The notes beneath the pieces are model-generated. The model had not been told where the DNA came from. It worked only from the letters and a program-made list of their open reading frames with translations, and did not search any database. Made by a program: the position numbers and the translations under genes. A stretch of DNA of 56,930 nt, counting the filler, from Sluysia triapertura (taxonomy: Eukaryota): assembly GCA_046118255.1 (NCBI GenBank). It is 4 parts of 4 records of this genome, joined end to end, with 100 filler letters (N's around TTAATTAATTAA, not from the genome) between each part and the next. Parts side by side here need not be neighbours in the genome. Positions count along the whole stretch, not along the records: positions 45,093 to 56,930 come from JBJNIA010165259.1; 3 more parts are not named here. The stretch is one strand, 5' to 3'. How positions within the stretch are numbered: the first letter of the stretch is position 1; every line of letters begins with the position of its first letter. This document shows, piece after piece, positions 54,580-56,930 of the stretch.

Positions 54580-55650
54580 ATTGTATTTTTTTTTCGAAAT
54601 TAATTGTTTACATTTTATTGTCTAGTTCAAAAATATAAAATTTAACATTTTGATTCATGATTGGTCGATGTAAATCTAAGTCTAATTATTTAAATAATCC
54701 AAGTCTTGTACATTTAAATGTAATACACGTTTCAAATTTTATTATCATCATTATTATTAGTATTATTATTTTTTTTATTATTATTATTAATTCTTATTAT
54801 TGTTTTATTATTATTATTATTATGACTAAAATTTTTACTATTTTAGAGTATTATTTCATAAAAAGTCAACCTACAGTGATAAAAAGCTTAATAATATATT
54901 GTTTCTTAAAATATGTTTCATTTGATAATAGTGCCAAAAATTTTGCTTAATAATGATACATATGACCTATTAAAAATACAACAAGTTGAATGCTGATAGA
55001 GTTCAATAAATAATTTTAACAAGTTCAATATTTCAAATATTTTTAAATGTCAATTTAGTAGTTTTATTTTTAATAAACGTTTATTTATAGATGATATATA
55101 AAAATTAAGTTAAATAATAGTAATAACAATGATTCACAGATAACACAATGATTAATTGAAAAAGGAAAGTCTACTGTCTTAAATTAATCATAACTGTTTA
55201 ATAAAAGTTACACAAACAATAATACAAGAAGCAGTGTGCTCAAATAGACTGATACTGTTGAGAAACTTGATAGATAATAACAATATTTTTTTATTGTCAT
55301 ATTGTGTGCTAATTTATAATGTTTAAATTTTTTATTTTGAATTCATTAAAATTTTATTTTCCAATTTTTGTTTTAATATCCATAACAAGATCAAAATTTT
55401 TTGTTTATTTTTGTTTTAATTTGTTTTTAAATGAAACTCACAACAACATATATATACATAAAATATACACACATAGAAATGCGCACATTGAAAGTACTTA
55501 TGAATTTATTACACACTCATGGCATAAAAACATAAAAAATGCACAAATAAATATAGTTCAATTTTTGTTGAACTTAGTGTATGGTTATTTAATTTGCAAC
55601 GAATTATAAAAAACTGCAGAATATCGCGAGAATTTTTTTTACAAATAATA

Positions 55651-56631
55651 ATGGATTTAAATATTTCTTTCCTTATTTTTTTTGTATTCATGCTCAGATT
55701 TATAAAATCGTATCAACCAAACAAACCATTAACTGATCGTTTCTGTATTATTTATACAAATTCAGCCAACCAAAATATTTTAAAATGTCAAATGCAAAAG
55801 CCATCGAACTTGACTAATATCGAGTTAACTTTCTCGGAATCTACATTTACTCTTTACATCTCAAGTAACGTCGGTATAATTAATGTTCATCGAATTGCCG
55901 ATGGTTCGCTAGAATTAGCGTCTAGAAAATTGGGACTAGATAAATTAGTTATTAAAAATATCATCTTCGAACATTTAACAAGAAATGACTTTAAAGGTAT
56001 TTCTGTTATCACATTAATAAGTTTGATGAACCCTAAAAAAATAAATCCGGATACCTTTGTGGATTCGTTTGCAGAAACAAAGCGCATCGAAATTAGCATA
56101 TTATGTACAACTGTATCGAATTTCAATTTTCCGTTTTTAATGATGAAATCAAAATATTGGAAAATAAAAACAATAAATTGTGTTCAAAATCTGATTTGTA
56201 AAAATTGTCAAAAGTTATACCCACCAAACAATATTCGTATTGTACCTATTAACTCAAATTCTACAAGTCTTTTGCAGGAGAAAATTTTAAGTAATCGATA
56301 TTGTATGAAATCTAGCAGTATTTCGAATAATTGTGAAGAATACATACCGTATCAAACTACAGTATCAGTTACAGATATTACGAATGCAAAATTCGAACAA
56401 GTGCAACTGTTAAACAAAAACAATTATATTGCAGAAAACGAAAAAAATGAAAAATTGATTAAGATACTTTTAATTGCCAATGTTTTTAATTCTGTCGTGA
56501 CTGTTGGAATTGTCATAATTTTAATAGTGTGTTGGCAAAAGTTAACTTCAAAAAGGGATCCGCTAAATAAACATACTATTATATTAGAAAACGGTGAAAA
56601 CATAAAATGTTTGCCACTGCCTCAGAATTAA
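55651..56631 (+). CDS. Intronless type-I membrane protein (326 aa), family unrecognised, possibly degenerate LRR
   Basis: Longest ORF in the window. ATG 55651, hydrophobic signal (ISFLIFFVFML), Cys-containing ectodomain with N-glycosylation sequons, LxxLxIxxxxFxxLxxxxFxxI-like segment, TM helix (ILLIANVFNSVVTVGIVIILIVCW) and short tail. Confidence 0.8.
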   Translation: MDLNISFLIFFVFMLRFIKSYQPNKPLTDRFCIIYTNSANQNILKCQMQKPSNLTNIELTFSESTFTLYISSNVGIINVHRIADGSLELASRKLGLDKLVIKNIIFEHLTRNDFKGISVITLISLMNPKKINPDTFVDSFAETKRIEISILCTTVSNFNFPFLMMKSKYWKIKTINCVQNLICKNCQKLYPPNNIRIVPINSNSTSLLQEKILSNRYCMKSSSISNNCEEYIPYQTTVSVTDITNAKFEQVQLLNKNNYIAENEKNEKLIKILLIANVFNSVVTVGIVIILIVCWQKLTSKRDPLNKHTIILENGENIKCLPLPQN

Positions 56632-56930
56632 TATATATATTTCTTGTTAATGTTATTTTGTTGTTATTTGATTATAATTTATTTCTTCTAAAATACTAAA
56701 TTCAAACATTGCGTTCAGAAAATTGAGATTAACAAGAGGTAAAGCAGATATCATAATTTGTCAGCAACGTCTTACCGCTAACTGCATGCAGCCTAATGAT
56801 ATGATTTATGCGGCTCATTGACAACAAATTTTTTAGACATTTGTCTTTGTTATTACGTAATGAAAATTAATTTTTACAAATGAATGTCTAGGTATAATAA
56901 CCATGTAAGTAAAATAACATATTTCAGTTA

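Overview
Very AT-rich eukaryotic (metazoan) genomic DNA, assembled from at least five contigs. One join is a plain N gap; three are artificial 100-bp N44-TTAATTAATTAA-N44 spacers, so adjacency across them is unproven. Recognisable host genes: a GGT7-type gamma-glutamyltransferase exon; a complete 3-exon GGCT with 32- and 39-nt introns; mitochondrial DNAJA3/Tid1 (4 exons, 3' end missing); an intronless divergent RPS17; two exons of SARM1; and an intact intronless type-I membrane protein of unknown family. The rest is mostly decayed mobile DNA: Merlin/ISXO2 and mariner transposase relics, piggyBac- and hAT-type MITE ends, and a Ty3/gypsy integrase C-terminus. The most striking pattern is a dispersed LTR-like repeat (5' end TGTAGTG[A/T]). 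Its copies are followed, in the same orientation, by different decayed intron-free pieces of host genes: GRP94/HSP90B1, an ISWI::ZFR chimera joined at a microhomology, and less certainly filamin and membrane-protein or NHL-like relics. This suggests LTR-mediated capture and shuffling of host mRNAs. Separately, 20.6-21.6 kb holds a candidate pseudoknot and an array of four covarying bulged hairpins. Tiny introns and AT richness would fit a compact invertebrate parasite such as an orthonectid, but that is inference. All family calls are from motif recognition by eye; no searches were run.
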